The position numbers and the translations under genes are program-made. A DNA stretch of 20,000 nucleotides from Massalongia carnosa (taxonomy: Eukaryota): the NCBI GenBank assembly GCA_965645245.1, contig OZ287077.1, positions 2,277,709 through 2,297,708 on the forward strand. Direction: 5' to 3'. Below, in pieces: positions 18,821-20,000 of the stretch (positions within the stretch are counted from its first letter, which is position 1; each line of letters starts with the position of its first letter). Under the pieces are notes generated by a model. The model was given only the letters and a program-made list of their open reading frames with translations. It did no database searches and was not told the DNA's origin.

Positions 18821-20000
18821 ATGAACGGCACTTACAGAACCGTTGTGGATGCACAAACTGCCGGCAGCAGGACGGTAATCCTGGTGAGTACAGACGCGGC
18901 ACTGCGGGCGCGTTTGCGGTCAAGCTTGATGAGCCTCCGATGGCAGGTTCGCGAGGCGAGCGGCGGAGCGGAGACGATTGCGCTGCTCGAAGAGCGGCGA
19001 GCGGAGGCGTTAATGCTCGATAGCTGGCTCCCTGACCTTGATGTGGCCGAGGTGGTGGGACAGGTGAGGCTGATGTATCCCTCGATCGACCTGCTGCGGA
19101 TGGATGGAGCGGTGGAGAGCGACGGCGGGCGGAGTCCGCGAAGGAACGAATTGCTTCATGCTCTGCGCGAGGCGCAGGATTCGCTGCCGCAGAACGATAC
19201 GGCAATCTGGGCGGCGGCGCCGGTCGCGACACCGCGCGTCCCTCCGGTGGTCAGGTCCGTGGTGCAGCACGGGCCGGAGCGTCTTCGCTCCGAGGCCCCG
19301 GCGAGGCCAACCAATACCGGACTTGCCGAGCTTGTGGGTAGAAGCGTTTGCATGGAGGTCCTGGGAGAGATGGTGCGGTTGGTGGCGCCGCGATCGACCT
19401 CCGTACTGATCGAAGGCGAAACTGGCACGGGCAAGGAAGTGGTCGCGAAGGCGATCCATCGGCTGAGCCTGCGATCGAACAAGCCGTTTGCGGTCTTGAA
19501 CTGCGCCGCGATTCCGGAGGCGCTGCTGGAGGCGGAGCTGTTCGGCCATACCCGAGGGGCATTCACCGGGGCGGTGCAGGCGCGGACGGGAAGGATCGAA
19601 GCGGCGCATGGGGGAACACTCTTCCTCGATGAGATTGGCGAGATGCCGCTGGCTCTACAGGCGAAGATGCTGCGCTTCCTCGAATGCGGCGAATTGCAGC
19701 GAGTCGGCGATAACGAGACGCTGCGCGTGGACGTGCGGGTGATTGCGGCGACGCATCAGCCGCTCGAACAGCGGGCGGCCGAAAAGGCGTTTCGGCTTGA
19801 CCTCTATCATCGCCTGGCGGTGTTCCCCATCGAGGTGCCTGCGTTGCGCGATCGTCGAGAGGACATTGAAGAACTAGCGGACCATTTCCTGGAGCGGATG
19901 GGGCAGGGTGCTCCGCGGAGACGCCTGAGCATGGAAGGCGTCGCGAAGCTGCTGCTGCATGAGTGGCCCGGCAACGTCCGGGAGCTGATGCATGTGCTGG
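18821..20000 (+). CDS. Sigma-54-dependent enhancer-binding protein (NtrC/FleQ-like), truncated by the window end
   Basis: Absent from the ORF track because it has no stop in the window. GGAG RBS at 18811 and ATG at 18821. Manual translation gives Walker A GETGTGKE, ELFGH, GAFTGA (19556-19573), Walker B LFLDEI, RVIAAT, FRLDLYHRL and WPGNVREL. Confidence 0.95.
   Translation, partial: MNGTYRTVVDAQTAGSRTVILVSTDAALRARLRSSLMSLRWQVREASGGAETIALLEERRAEALMLDSWLPDLDVAEVVGQVRLMYPSIDLLRMDGAVESDGGRSPRRNELLHALREAQDSLPQNDTAIWAAAPVATPRVPPVVRSVVQHGPERLRSEAPARPTNTGLAELVGRSVCMEVLGEMVRLVAPRSTSVLIEGETGTGKEVVAKAIHRLSLRSNKPFAVLNCAAIPEALLEAELFGHTRGAFTGAVQARTGRIEAAHGGTLFLDEIGEMPLALQAKMLRFLECGELQRVGDNETLRVDVRVIAATHQPLEQRAAEKAFRLDLYHRLAVFPIEVPALRDRREDIEELADHFLERMGQGAPRRRLSMEGVAKLLLHEWPGNVRELMHVL

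Noticed and set aside
16854..19632. Numerous overlapping antisense or alternative-frame ORFs in the bacterial part
   Set aside because: They are shadow ORFs of GC-rich genes with no recognisable motifs.

Overview
The window has two unrelated halves. Bases 1-16722 look like the right end of a filamentous-ascomycete (fungal) chromosome. They carry a solo-LTR-like piece and then a nested, decayed retrotransposon cluster: Tad1-like LINE A on + (RT core deleted), a complete Ty1/copia element inside LINE A ORF1 with a 5-bp TSD (ATATC), and Tad1-like LINE B on - inserted tail-to-tail into the microsatellite tail of LINE A with a 14-bp TSD. About 1 kb of telomere-adjacent DNA follows, with four copies of a 34-nt tRNA T-arm/B-box-like motif, and then 33 perfect TTAGGG repeats. 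From 16723 the sequence switches abruptly to GC-rich bacterial DNA that looks acidobacterial: lexA, an OmpR-family response regulator, an H-box-only small protein and a sigma-54 activator running off the end. The telomere/bacterial join is most likely an assembly or library chimera. The most interesting biology is the covarying subtelomeric B-box/T-arm motif, the 3'-end motif conserved between the two divergent LINEs, and the LINE-into-LINE-tail insertion.
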